DNA of 64,000 nucleotides from an uncultured Methanosarcinaceae archaeon (GTDB taxonomy: Archaea; Halobacteriota; Methanosarcinia; Methanosarcinales; Methanosarcinaceae), in contig CAWHXP010000015.1 in assembly GCA_963833425.1 (NCBI GenBank), positions 32,001 through 96,000 of the forward strand. The letters are read 5' to 3'. Within the stretch, counting starts at the first letter, position 1; each line of letters opens with the position of its first letter. Shown piece by piece: positions 22,791-33,805 of the stretch. The notes beneath the pieces were generated by a model that saw only the letters and a program-made list of their open reading frames with translations, was not told the origin of the DNA and did no database searches. Position numbers and translations under genes: made by a program.

Positions 22791-22939
22791 GGTTCCGTTG
22801 CAAAAAATCTGCCTATTTTACAAAACCAGTGAAAAACATCACAAGTGGGATTTTTATATGCCATAAACATGTCAAGAATTATACAAAAAGCAATAGTTAT
22901 AGCCTAAAAAGGTAGTAAAATTATTTTTGCAACAGAACC
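22791..22939. mobile_element. IS6-type MITE (149 bp)
   Basis: ggttccgttgcaaaaa ... tttttgcaacagaacc. Confidence 0.85.
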
Positions 22940-23205
22940 AAAAAAAGATACTGGCTATTTTGCTGGTAGTTCTTTTCGTATTATCAGTAACTTCATCAAT
23001 AGTTAGTGCTGTACCACTTCACAATTGTGGTGTTGACTGCTTTCACCGTGGCTATCGCGCTGGGGGCACGGCCACTGAGACGACTATTATGGCTGGGGCA
23101 ACCGCCATTAGTACCCCTTACAGGATACAACTTGGATGTAAATACGGCACAGTATTTCTCTACACAGAAGAAGATCACGTCCATGAGTTTGTTTTAGTTT
23201 CATAA
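22940..23205 (+). pseudogene. Small secreted-protein gene, 5' end abutting the MITE
   Basis: Signal-peptide-like KKILAILLVVLFVLSVTSSIVSA starts right at the MITE end. Confidence 0.45.
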
Positions 23206-23783
23206 TTAAAAGAAGGCAGATTTTGGTCAGATGTCCGACAATATTTTATAATTTCTAATGCAAGTTTGAAACAATCTAGTTTTGAATAATCAGTCCCAAG
23301 TACTGCACCACTGTGTTTCAAATTATCTTCTAAGTCCATTGCACACTTTGTAAGCTCACGGTTTATTTTAATATAATCACAAATCTCTTCATCTGAGATT
23401 CCAGTTATAGAGACATCATAGTCAAATTTATCATTAGGTAATTCTCTACCCAAAGCGTGATGAAGGAGATGGTCTACAAGATTTTTTATTCTATGTGCAA
23501 TTTTTATTCTCTGTGCAAACTGAATTGAACCTTCTAAGGCTGAAATAACAGTAATTATAGCAATAACATCAAGACTCCCTTCACGAAAAGAGATTACTTT
23601 TGACATAATTTGTATACCTAATTCCTTTTTTGCGTAATCAGGTAATTCATGCTCAATTACTATCCTTACAATTCTAACAAGTTCCCAATCCAGCTCTTTA
23701 TTTTTATTAGAAAAATTTTTTTTATCATCGTCAATGCGATTAATTTTGATATCTAATTTTATCCGATTATAATTCCAACTCAT
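23175..23783 (-). CDS. Hypothetical protein (202 aa)
   Basis: Long ORF in AT-rich DNA, GGTGAT upstream of the ATG. Confidence 0.7.
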   Translation of the reverse strand: MSWNYNRIKLDIKINRIDDDKKNFSNKNKELDWELVRIVRIVIEHELPDYAKKELGIQIMSKVISFREGSLDVIAIITVISALEGSIQFAQRIKIAHRIKNLVDHLLHHALGRELPNDKFDYDVSITGISDEEICDYIKINRELTKCAMDLEDNLKHSGAVLGTDYSKLDCFKLALEIIKYCRTSDQNLPSFNYETKTNSWT

Positions 23784-23887
23784 TTTGTAATCACCACTTT
23801 ATTTTAGTTATTTCCTAGAGCTGTTAATATTAATTTTGATTTAGTTTTTTATTATTCAGTGATTTAAGCAAAATCGTTCTGCAAACA

Positions 23888-24621
23888 GTAAGATGGTACT
23901 TAAAATATCCATTGAGCCATAGAAATTTAAAGGAAATGATGGCAGAAAGAGGAATAAAAGTCAACCATACAACAATCATAGGATAGGTACATCAATATTT
24001 CCCTGAAATAGAAAAGAAGATAAGAAGACATTTAAGGCTAACAAACTATTCGTGGAGAGTTGATGAAATCTATATCAAAGTAAAAGGTAAATGGGACTAT
24101 TTTTATCGAGCAGTTGACTCAAATGGAGATACAATTGATTTCATGTTAAGTTCAAAACGAAATAGAAAAGCAGCGAAGAGATTCTTTAAGAAAGCTTTAA
24201 GTTTTAATCATAATCAAATTCCAAGATTAATAACCGTTGATAAGAATCCAGCTTATCCACCTGCTAGAGATTAACTGAAAAATGAAAAGAAATTGTCTAA
24301 AAAAGTAGGCATTAGACAAGTCAAGTATTTGAATAACATTATAGAACAAGATCACAGATCTATAAAGAGAATCGTTAATCCAATGTTAGGATTTCAGTCT
24401 TTTCGATCTGCTAATAAGACTTTAAAAGGAATTGAAGCTATAAATATGATCAAAAAAGGACAAGTAAATGATCTAAATTACTCTGTTCTTAATGAAGTCA
24501 AATACATTAATCAATTGTTTGATATAGTTTTATAATGTTAGTACATTTTCCTTGAATATTTTGATTTTTATTAATCACTTATAGATTTACATGCTTATTT
24601 CGAAATTTTTGCAACGGAACC
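23888..24621 (+). mobile_element. IS6 family element, copy 3, 5'-truncated, inverted relative to copy 2
   Basis: 3' part encodes a peptide identical to copy 2; TAA at 24272-24274; right IR ends at 24621. Confidence 0.95.
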
Positions 24622-24652
24622 AAAAAAAGTATATTAAACTAAAATAGGTAAG

Positions 24653-24724
24653 AGTCGCCGGAGGGACTCGAACCCTCGCCCTGCTGATTACGAATCAGCC
24701 GCTATACCACTAAGCCACGACGAC
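24653..24724 (-). tRNA. tRNA-Thr(CGT)
   Basis: Cloverleaf: acceptor GTCGTCG/CGGCGAC, anticodon arm GCTGA-TTCGTAA-TCAGC, T arm GAGGGTTCGAGTCCCTC; CCA not encoded. Confidence 0.95.
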
Positions 24725-24811
24725 ATATGGAGAAGAGAGAATCGGCAAGCTTAAAATAACAATTAAGAATTTAACTATTTCGCTCTGTAGAATCATTTTA
24801 TACTCATGACC

Positions 24812-25819
24812 TCAATTTATTTTGACTTCAATGCATATATTATACTGATGAGGAGCATAAGAACGGACCACTCTTTTATCCAGAATCTTTACGCATCTTC
24901 CTGTTCTCTCAGCTGCTACGCTTATGAGTTTAATATAGCCTTCGAAAAGATCATCTTCTGGAGCTATTCCGTAGTAATGTATAATTCCTCCAGGTTTTGT
25001 AAGGAGAATGGCAGAGTCAAGAAACTCGTGGGCACTGTGGGGGAGATTCATGATCACTTGGTCTGCAGTGCTTGCAAATTTTTTTGCTTCTTCCCTTGAA
25101 TCCCCTTCTATTGCTTCGATATTTTTCGCCGAATTGAGGGTTATATTTTCTTTCAGGTAGTACACGGCGTCAGGATTTTTATCAATCGCCATCACATTTA
25201 AAGGTTTTTTACTTTTTGCGAGAAGGATGCTGTAAGGGCCTACACCAGCAAACATGTCTATAACGATATCACCTTCCTGAATCCATGATAGAATTCTAGA
25301 GCGCTCGGTAGACAGGCGTGGAGTGAAATAAGCTTTTTCAAGGTCCACTTTGTAGCTACATCCGTATTCCCTATGTATGGTTTCTGTTTTTGGTTCGCCT
25401 GCTATAATTCCGAATTTCCGGAGCCTGAATTCCCCGATTACAGGGGTTAGGGGCTTGAGCACGGTTTTTATATTAGGTAGGGTCCGGATGAGAAAGTTTG
25501 CGATTCTTGAAGCTTTCTGATGATCAAGGTTTTCTTCCAGAAGGGCAATATCTCCTATGACTTCATATGAGGGGCTGAAATCCAAGAGGTCTTTAAGAAC
25601 AGGTTTTTTTTTCTGGAACTCAAAATAGAAATCAATAAGTTCCGTTTTTTCAGGAAGCCTTTTCAATTCACCAGTTGTAGGTTCTCTAAAAATGGGAATA
25701 TAAAGAAATGCCCCATCCCCGGCTATCTTTAGTGAATTATCAAGGATTTCAAGATCAAGTAGTATTTTCCTCACAGATTCTCCTTTTTTTTTGTGGATCT
25801 TTATGCAGTTCCGTTTCAT
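24812..25819 (-). CDS. trm5: tRNA (guanine37-N1)-methyltransferase Trm5
   Basis: YEVIGDIA, YFTPRLSTER, DMFAGVGPY, MNLP, VRSYAP. Confidence 0.92.
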   Translation of the reverse strand: MKRNCIKIHKKKGESVRKILLDLEILDNSLKIAGDGAFLYIPIFREPTTGELKRLPEKTELIDFYFEFQKKKPVLKDLLDFSPSYEVIGDIALLEENLDHQKASRIANFLIRTLPNIKTVLKPLTPVIGEFRLRKFGIIAGEPKTETIHREYGCSYKVDLEKAYFTPRLSTERSRILSWIQEGDIVIDMFAGVGPYSILLAKSKKPLNVMAIDKNPDAVYYLKENITLNSAKNIEAIEGDSREEAKKFASTADQVIMNLPHSAHEFLDSAILLTKPGGIIHYYGIAPEDDLFEGYIKLISVAAERTGRCVKILDKRVVRSYAPHQYNICIEVKIN

Positions 25820-26459
25820 GAGAATTTACCTTCCGGAATTCTGAAGTTACCTTTTGTTATTAAGCTTTCAAATTATACATTTGAATTGAAAAACCAATAT
25901 ATTAAACTCTAAATTGTATAAAAAATAACTTTAAAAACCATATAATCCATTTTAATTGATCTTGGATCTCATGTGCGTAAGTCTTAAAGGTATTTCAGAT
26001 TTTGCTAATACTTCTTGCGAAAATATCAAACTATCTAAAATTATGTTAATTATTTCCCTAGTTTTTGAATACACTAGAAAGCTGAGAATTAATCAGGGTA
26101 TTTATGCTGAAAAACAAGTTTAGATTCCGAAAGAATGTGTCTACTCAGGATAGTATAATAGAATTAATATAATTAATAATGAAATGAAAACCGAGAACTA
26201 TTTTACATGCTCTGGACACATAACGAATTTGCAGGTTAATTTTTTGAGGAGTTAGGACTTCTAACTGCTGACTTGCCCGGCTACGGATGTAAGCTAGCTA
26301 AGATGTGCTGTCCAATTTCCGTGGATTGAAGGTACTGTGATAATAATTCATACTTCATATTCACATGCATAAGGGCAAAATCTCCAGATAATTTCTATAA
26401 GTTTCTATGAATCGAGTATTGGATAGTTAAAATATCTTAACAATAGTTTTTATTCATCC

Positions 26460-27300
26460 AAAATTTTACTGGTTTTGCTCTTAAAGAGGAATGTAAGCGT
26501 CTTCAACCCGTTGAAGATAAACTTGCTGAAATTGATTCTTAATAGATTGCAAATCTTTTCGTATCATTTTTGAGTCCATATAGTTTCACAAAACAGTTTT
26601 CTGAGGAAAACCCGAAACTGACGTAATCTTTAAGTCAAAATGCTTATTTTACTTCAATATTACGGATCTTTCAGACTCTGAATTTGGGAAACAGGGTATT
26701 GGTCGAATTTCTTTCAGGAAATTTCTCAATTTTTCTTAGTCATGCTAGACGGTTCCACGGTCTAATCATTCAGAAAAGAATTATTGATAACTGAAATAAG
26801 AAGAAATATGACACCAGTTGAAAGTTAATCTAATTGTTTCGTTTTGGAAAAAGAAGACCATTCAGGATGCTACTTTTGTCCATTCAGATCCAGGACATAC
26901 AAAAGCAGAGAGATGAGGCAAAAACAAGGGGAAGCAGATATGGAACCTTGATTAAAAAAGGGTGATAAGTCGCACTTTGAATATAAACTTCATAGAATTA
27001 ATATATGGGGATTCTGAGCTGATCAAAAATTCAAAATAATGATTGTAGTACTTCATAATTCTCAGGTAAATTTATCAGAACAAAAAAGAAATGTTTGCAG
27101 GGAGAGAGGATACTTTGGAGCAAAACCAAAACTCATGATGCAACTATGAAAAGAGCAGTATGAGAACATCTATGGGAATTAGTGATATCTCAAGAAGCAA
27201 GAGAATAAGTTCAAAAAGATCTCAATAGTAATGAGTTTATACAGTAACTAAAAAGATATTCAAAGCAGGAAAATTTTTCTCACTACCGTTTGCAAATCTG
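26460..27300 (+). mobile_element. Highly decayed IS5-family transposase
   Basis: Broken frames FALKEECKRLQPVEDKLAEIDS, DATFVHSDPGH, KKGDKSHFEYKLH, HNSQVNLSE. Confidence 0.7.
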
Positions 27301-27706
27301 AAGATTCTGTGTAAAGCTTTTGTTATAAATCTGTCTAATGAACCAGAAAAGAAAAAAATTGATTCAAATACTGAAATCAACGAGCAAAATTTTGATAGGG
27401 TTCGCGATAAGAAAAAAATTAGAGGTAAATCGGAATTCTATCCCGATTTTCACTAGCAACATACATATACAATTTAGAAATATTGACGAAATTTAGGAGT
27501 TAATCAAAATTTTCCAAAAGAACATCTTTTGAAATTTCTATTAGTAACATCATTGATCAAATAGTTTGCAGAAATATTTTTAAAGTCTTTCTAAATATCC
27601 GCTGATGGATCAAAAAACAAAAGCAACTTTAAAAATAAGTATTTTCTACCCTGCAAATATAGAGACGAACCGAAACAGAGTTGGAGCAAGGGAAATAAGA
27701 AAAATT

Positions 27707-28720
27707 TTAGAGGATAATTTCAATATCTAGCTCCTCTGCAAGTTCTTTGTATCTATTCCTGATGGTGACTTCAGTAACTCCGGCAACGTCTGCGACTTCA
27801 CGCTGAGTCCTCCGTTCACCGCATAGTATGGATGCAATATATATTGCAGCCGCTGCAACTCCTGTAGGGCCTCTGCCGCTTGTCAGTTCTTTTTCTGAGG
27901 CCTGTCTCAGGATCTCAACGCTTTTGGACTGGACTTCTCCTTTCAGATTTAGGCCAGAACAGAACCTTGGGACATAATCGATAGGAGAAGTTGGCATGAG
28001 CTTTAATGCAAGTTCCCTGGAAATGAAGCGATAGGTTCTTCCGATTTCTTTTCTACTGACTCTGGACACTTCTTCAATCTCATCAAGAGTTCTTGGGACA
28101 CTGCACTGACGACAAGCAGCATAAAGAGCTGCTGCAGCCACACCCTCAATGCTTCGTCCCCGTATCAGATTTTTATCCACAGCTTTCCTGTAGACGACAG
28201 CTGCTGTTTCTCTTACAGTTCTAGGGAGTCCCAAAGCAGAAGCCATTCTGTCCAGTTCTGAAAGGGCAAAAGCTAGGTTTCTTTCAGTCGCGTTGCTTAC
28301 GCGGATTCTGCGCTGCCATTTTCTTAAACGATAGAGCTGAGCACGGTTTTTGGAGGAGATTGATTTTCCGTAGGAATCACGATTTCTCCAGTCTATCATT
28401 GTGGAAAGTCCTTTGTCATGGATTGTATAAGTCATAGGCGCGCCCACACGAGAGCGTTTCATCCGTTGATCGTGATCGAAAGCTCGCCATTCTGGTCCTT
28501 CATCCACAAAATCAGCATCTATGACAAGGCCGCAGTCGCCGCACACTAGCTCAGCTCGCTCATAGTCGTGAACAAGGTTCCTGCTGCCGCATTCTGGACA
28601 CAAGGCCTTTTCGTTCTCAAAACTTTGCTCCTTTTGCTTTTCTTTACGAGCTTTGATCATGGAACGTATTTTTTCTCTTTCAAGAGTGTCCGAATAGCGA
28701 ACTCTTTCGACTTCTACCAT
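27707..28720 (-). CDS. tfb: Transcription initiation factor IIB
   Basis: CPECGS Zn ribbon, GPEWRAF, two cyclin repeats, [11 protein letters not shown]. Confidence 0.99.
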   Translation of the reverse strand: MVEVERVRYSDTLEREKIRSMIKARKEKQKEQSFENEKALCPECGSRNLVHDYERAELVCGDCGLVIDADFVDEGPEWRAFDHDQRMKRSRVGAPMTYTIHDKGLSTMIDWRNRDSYGKSISSKNRAQLYRLRKWQRRIRVSNATERNLAFALSELDRMASALGLPRTVRETAAVVYRKAVDKNLIRGRSIEGVAAAALYAACRQCSVPRTLDEIEEVSRVSRKEIGRTYRFISRELALKLMPTSPIDYVPRFCSGLNLKGEVQSKSVEILRQASEKELTSGRGPTGVAAAAIYIASILCGERRTQREVADVAGVTEVTIRNRYKELAEELDIEIIL

Positions 28721-28908
28721 ATCATATCACCTTACAAGTTAGCATGACATCTTTATGATTTTTCTGTAATTCAGAACCTGCACCAAACTAAATAATCTAT
28801 GTTAAAAAATAGGATAGGAAAACTCACGGATATTACTAGCAAAAAACATATATACCAGTTAGAGTTGAACCATGTCAATAGATTCATATATGTATCGAAT
28901 TAGAGTTC

Positions 28909-29178
28909 TCACCGAATATAGACCTTTTCATTGACCATAGTCCGAAACTCAGAATCAGGAATTCGTTTAAATCCCTTCACGAAAAAATAAGGTTGGTTTA
29001 TAGGTCCAAAGACACTGACAGTCGCACCAATCTGGTTCAGTGCCTTATCCACAACAATCGAATTCAATTTTGGAAGATTACCCGAGGTATTATCGGATTT
29101 GATCTCATCTCCTTTGACTATCAGATTTTTGACACCTGATCTTTGTAGCACTTTACCGAGTCGTCTCATATCAACCAT
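28909..29178 (-). CDS. gar1: H/ACA RNP protein Gar1
   Basis: MRRLGKV...IGATVSVFGPINQPY; immediately upstream of tfb. Confidence 0.85.
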   Translation of the reverse strand: MVDMRRLGKVLQRSGVKNLIVKGDEIKSDNTSGNLPKLNSIVVDKALNQIGATVSVFGPINQPYFFVKGFKRIPDSEFRTMVNEKVYIR

Positions 29179-29447
29179 GAATAATTAATTGGATACTTCC
29201 AGCTCAGGGCAAAAATATCTTGGTTTTTAGCGGGTTAGATTTTCAGCTTTTTTAAGAAGATATATTGTAGACTGAAAAGCATATGTAGTCTATGCTTATA
29301 ATATATAAGGATATCGCAAGACCTATATTATACAAAACTTTGGGTAAAGCTCGAGCCAAAATGTAAAATAAATGGAATAATTAAACCATAGGCTTATATA
29401 TTTTATAAGTATCGTTGTCATTAATAAAACTAAGATTCTAACTATAT

Positions 29448-29608
29448 ACTAACTCCGATTACTGACATCTTTTCAGGAAGAATGGTCACTGTCTAAGTTC
29501 ATATTTTTTTGGAATGGGTGCAACGATAACTGATGGCAAAGTTGCATGAAAAATTTACTTAAATTAAGGATGCAAACCTTGTCGAGAGGCAAATCTCGGA
29601 GTCCCCGT
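29448..29608 (+). repeat. Degenerate duplicate of the ppdK leader and first about 40 codons (30308-30467)
   Basis: actaactccgattactgac ... ggcaaatctcggagtccccgt present in both. Confidence 0.9.
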
Positions 29609-30348
29609 ACTGCTATAACTTTATATATAAATTGAATTGTGCGTATCAATCAGCTGATTAGATATTTAATTTTCAGAAAAAGCGATTTAGAGCATATTTC
29701 TGAATTATTTTAATCAGTTGAGATATTTACGATAGCAAGTGATCTAGTCAAAACTTGCTGGCCTATATAGAGAGATAGCGGAACTAAGTTAAGAGATTTA
29801 ATTTTGATTAAATTATTAAAATTACTTGCCCCCTCTTTAGTAAGGACATTTAAGTTCAGTACTTCTATACGTGTTTTTTGATGTAAAACCTATCCATAAG
29901 TAAAAACAATAAATCCAATTTTTTGTGGTGAAGAAAAAAAAATTATGTGGTCAATCAAGATTTACTGAAATTTCTGTAAACTGCTTCTAAGCATCCTGAT
30001 TTAATTTTCTGAGAAGTTGTATAGCATTCAGTTGTATAGCATTCATTACTTGTTCCTCTTTTTTATGTTGGATTGTTTTATCTCAAGTAAGAGCTGCTAT
30101 TATATGGTCTGTAAATTTCCCTCCTAGATCTTCATATGATTATTTTGTATGTACTGTGTATCTAAAGACAAAAGGAAGTATAAATAAACAAGTAGAAAGG
30201 TACATAGTCGTATAGGAGTAATTATATATCATGATGTAACACGAAAAGAGGAAAAGTTAAATATATGGATCGGAAATCAGGTATGAGTGTTTTATTTCCA
30301 GTAATACACTAACTCCGATTACTGACCTCGTTCCAGGGAGGATAGTCA

Positions 30349-33000
30349 TTGTCTAAGTTTGTATATTTTTTTGGAAAAGATGTAACTGATGGCAAAAGTA
30401 GCATGAAAGATCTACTCGGAGGTAAGGGTGCAAACCTTGCCGAGATGGCAAATCTCGGAGTCCCCGTGCCTCCTGGATTTACAATCACAACTGAAGTATG
30501 TGTACTCTATCTGAAAAATAAAAACTATCCAAAAGAAGTAATCCAACAGATAGAAGGGGCTATCGACAAACTTGAGGCCTTAAACAACAAAAAATTAGGA
30601 GATACAGATGATCCATTGCTTGTCTCAGTGCGGTCTGGAGCCAGGGTATCCATGCCGGGGATGATGGATACAGTACTTAACCTTGGGCTCACAGACAATT
30701 CTGTGATTGAGCTTGCAAATAAGGTCAGTGATGAAAGGTTTGCTTACGATTGCTATCGCAGATTTATTTCTATGTTCGGGGATGTAGTGCTCGGAATTGA
30801 ATTTAAAAAGTTTGATTCCCTTATTGATGGTAAAAAAAAGGAACTGAGAGTCGAGTCAGATACAGATCTTGATGCAGAATCGTTGAAAGAACTAGCTAAT
30901 AGTTTTAAGGATGTAATCAAACTCGAAAAGGGATTTGAATTCCCCCAGGATCCGAAAGTTCAGCTATATATGGCAATTGATGCTGTTTTTGAATCTTGGA
31001 ATAATCCGAGAGCCATTACTTACAGGAAACTTAATGGAATTGATGATAGCTGGGGAACTGCCGTCAATGTACAGACGATGGTTTATGGGAACAGAGGGAG
31101 TAATTCTGGCACAGGAGTTGCTTTTACAAGGAACCCATCAACAGGGGAGAAAAAGTTTTTCGGAGAATACTTAATAAATGCACAGGGCGAAGATGTGGTC
31201 GCAGGCATTCGGACTCCGGATTTTATTGATACCCTTGAAGATAAAATTCCAGAGGCCTACAAACAACTTGTGGATATCTGTCATACGCTTGAAGCCCACT
31301 TCCAAGATATGCAGGACTTAGAGTTTACCATTCAAGAAGGAAAACTTTATATGTTGCAGACCCGCACAGGGAAACGTACAGCTGCTGCAGCCATGAAAAT
31401 TGCAACGGATATGGTTGCAGAAGGGCTTATAGATAAGGAAACTGCGATCACAAGAGTAAGAGCCGAACAAATAGACCTGCTCCTGCACCCAAGGATTGAT
31501 CCCAATGCAAAGTTAGAAGTAATTGCGAAGGGCCTCCCAGCATCTCCTGGAGCCGCTGTAGGAAAAGTTGTGTTTACTGCTGAAGCCGCAGAGGCAATGG
31601 CCGAATTAGGGGAGAAAACAATCCTCGTACGAACCGAAACCTCCCCTGAAGATATAGGAGGAATGGCCGCAGCACAGGGTTTCCTTACAGTGCGTGGTGG
31701 GATGACTTCTCATGCAGCAGTTGTTGGAAGAGGCATGGGTAAACCATGTGTTGTGGGCTGTGGATCGATCTCAATTGACATAAAACACGGTCTTTTTGTG
31801 GCAAACGGTCACACTATAAGGGAACATGAATATATTACCATTGACGGGAGCTCCGGGAGTGTAATTATTGGGAAGGTAGAACTGATTGATGCCGAAATTA
31901 ATAAAGATTTGAAACAGGTTCTCTTATGGGCTGACGAAATCAGGACTCTCGGTATAAGAACAAATGCAGATAATCCGGCAGATGCAGGCCTTGCTCGCGA
32001 ACTTGGTGCAGAAGGTATAGGGCTTTGTAGAACTGAACACATGTTCTTTGGGGATGACAGAATACCTGTAGTAAGGGAAATGATTCTGGCAGAAGATGAA
32101 AAATCTAGAAAAAAGGCACTCAAGAAACTGCTACCGATGCAGAAGGCTGATTTCCTTGGAATCTTCCGTAGTATGGAAGGTTTACCAGTGACTATTAGGT
32201 TGCTTGATCCACCTCTTCATGAGTTCCTACCGGACAAGGAGGAACTAGACGAAAAGCTTAGGGAACTTGAAGCATCAGGGGATTGGGAGAAAATCGGTGA
32301 TGTGAAGAAAATTATCCAGCGTGTGGTTTCCCTTAAAGAACTAAACCCTATGCTTGGGCATAGAGGATGCAGGCTTGGAATCACCTATCCCGAAATATAT
32401 GATATGCAGGTACGCGCAATTATGGAAGCGGCTTGTGAACTTGCAGCCGATGGAATGAAAATTGTTCCTGAAATTATGATCCCATTGGTGAGTCTTGCAA
32501 AGGAACTCTCAGTGACCAGAAATGGAGTATGCAAGATGGCAGATAAGGTCATGGGTGAGAAAGGAATAAAGATCGATTATCATGTAGGGACAATGATCGA
32601 ACTTCCTAGAGCCGTAATTACTGCAGACGAGATAGCAATGGAAGCCGACTTCTTCTCTTTTGGGACAAACGACCTGACCCAAACAACATTCGGATTCAGT
32701 CGTGACGATGTATCCAAATTCGTGCCAATCTATCAGAAAGCAGGTATCATTGAGCACGATCCTTTCGCAGTCCTCGATCAGGAAGGCGTTGGCGAGTTGA
32801 TGAAAATTGGAATTCAAAAGGGTCGTTCCGTTAAACCTAACCTCCAGATGGGAATATGTGGAGAACATGGTGGAGAACCAAAATCCATCCACTTTGCTCA
32901 CAAAATAGGACTCAATTATGTGAGCTGCTCTCCGTACAGGGTTCCGATCGCGAGGCTTGTAGCTGCTCAAAGCACAATAGATTCCCGAAACGCAAAATAA
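30349..33000 (+). CDS. ppdK: Pyruvate, phosphate dikinase
   Basis: LGGKGANLAEM, SVRSGA, GGMTSHAAVV, GLCRTEHMF, SFGTNDLTQ, GICGEHGG. Confidence 0.99.
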   Translation: MSKFVYFFGKDVTDGKSSMKDLLGGKGANLAEMANLGVPVPPGFTITTEVCVLYLKNKNYPKEVIQQIEGAIDKLEALNNKKLGDTDDPLLVSVRSGARVSMPGMMDTVLNLGLTDNSVIELANKVSDERFAYDCYRRFISMFGDVVLGIEFKKFDSLIDGKKKELRVESDTDLDAESLKELANSFKDVIKLEKGFEFPQDPKVQLYMAIDAVFESWNNPRAITYRKLNGIDDSWGTAVNVQTMVYGNRGSNSGTGVAFTRNPSTGEKKFFGEYLINAQGEDVVAGIRTPDFIDTLEDKIPEAYKQLVDICHTLEAHFQDMQDLEFTIQEGKLYMLQTRTGKRTAAAAMKIATDMVAEGLIDKETAITRVRAEQIDLLLHPRIDPNAKLEVIAKGLPASPGAAVGKVVFTAEAAEAMAELGEKTILVRTETSPEDIGGMAAAQGFLTVRGGMTSHAAVVGRGMGKPCVVGCGSISIDIKHGLFVANGHTIREHEYITIDGSSGSVIIGKVELIDAEINKDLKQVLLWADEIRTLGIRTNADNPADAGLARELGAEGIGLCRTEHMFFGDDRIPVVREMILAEDEKSRKKALKKLLPMQKADFLGIFRSMEGLPVTIRLLDPPLHEFLPDKEELDEKLRELEASGDWEKIGDVKKIIQRVVSLKELNPMLGHRGCRLGITYPEIYDMQVRAIMEAACELAADGMKIVPEIMIPLVSLAKELSVTRNGVCKMADKVMGEKGIKIDYHVGTMIELPRAVITADEIAMEADFFSFGTNDLTQTTFGFSRDDVSKFVPIYQKAGIIEHDPFAVLDQEGVGELMKIGIQKGRSVKPNLQMGICGEHGGEPKSIHFAHKIGLNYVSCSPYRVPIARLVAAQSTIDSRNAK

Positions 33001-33033
33001 AATCTTTAAATTGAATATCGATTCAAAAAGCAC

Positions 33034-33063
33034 GCAGGATTAAAATCCTGCCTCAATTTTTTT
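33034..33063 (+). terminator. Hairpin plus T-run after ppdK
   Basis: gcaggat-taaa-atcctgc followed by ttttttt. Confidence 0.55.
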
Positions 33064-33184
33064 CTGAAAAATTTCAATTGAGCTTAGCAATTCTAAAAAA
33101 AGTATGATTATCGAGGTATTAATTGTGAGTTTCTAAATAAATCATTTCTGTGGAATTATAGTGGCTATCCTGAAATCATTTCAT

Positions 33185-33550
33185 GCCACTTTTGAGTCCA
33201 TATATTTTAACAAAACAGTTTTATGAGGTAGATCCGAAGCTAAATTAATCATTATGTTCAAAATGCTGTTTTACAGCAATGGCATCGAAATATTGGAACA
33301 GTTATCAAGATAACTTAATCACCTTGTTTGAAAACAAAAAGGGAACGGATTCAGGACAGTAAAATAATTTAAACTTGAGAAAATAAAACAAAAACCAGGA
33401 AAAGCCGAGATCTAACTTGGACAAAAAAGAGTAATAAATCACACTTTGGATGTATAGCTCGTATCACAATAGACAGGGATTATTGGCTAATCAGAAGATT
33501 AAAACATGACTTCCTCATTCCATTATTCTTAGGTGGATTTATCAGAAAAT
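33185..33550 (+). mobile_element. Second, internally deleted IS5 relic
   Basis: Similar to 26565-26660 and 26920-27080 (ttttgagtccatat...acaaaacagtttt; cactttg; atttatcagaa). Confidence 0.65.
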
Positions 33551-33805
33551 AATTATATAATTCTCACGTAGTAAGACTAAAAAACAGCAGGATTAGGCAT
33601 TTAATGGCGAGACTTTTATTATTTTTTTTAGTTTTTATTGATTACGGTCAATTGCTGGTGTAATTAATGGCAAATTTAGATAATCCCATAAAATATTAAA
33701 AAGTATCGAAAATGAAACGATTTGATTTTGAATAATTTCTTTATACCAGAGCATCACGAAACATTAATCTTGTGACGAGTTTTAAATTTTAACAAAACAA
33801 AAAAC

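Noticed and set aside
21300..24652. att-site duplication of the tRNA-Thr 3' end
   Set aside because: No second copy of the tRNA 3' end and no integrase seen.
30015..30044. Perfect 15-bp tandem duplication agttgtatagcattc
   Set aside because: Two copies only; consistent with slippage and no further structure.
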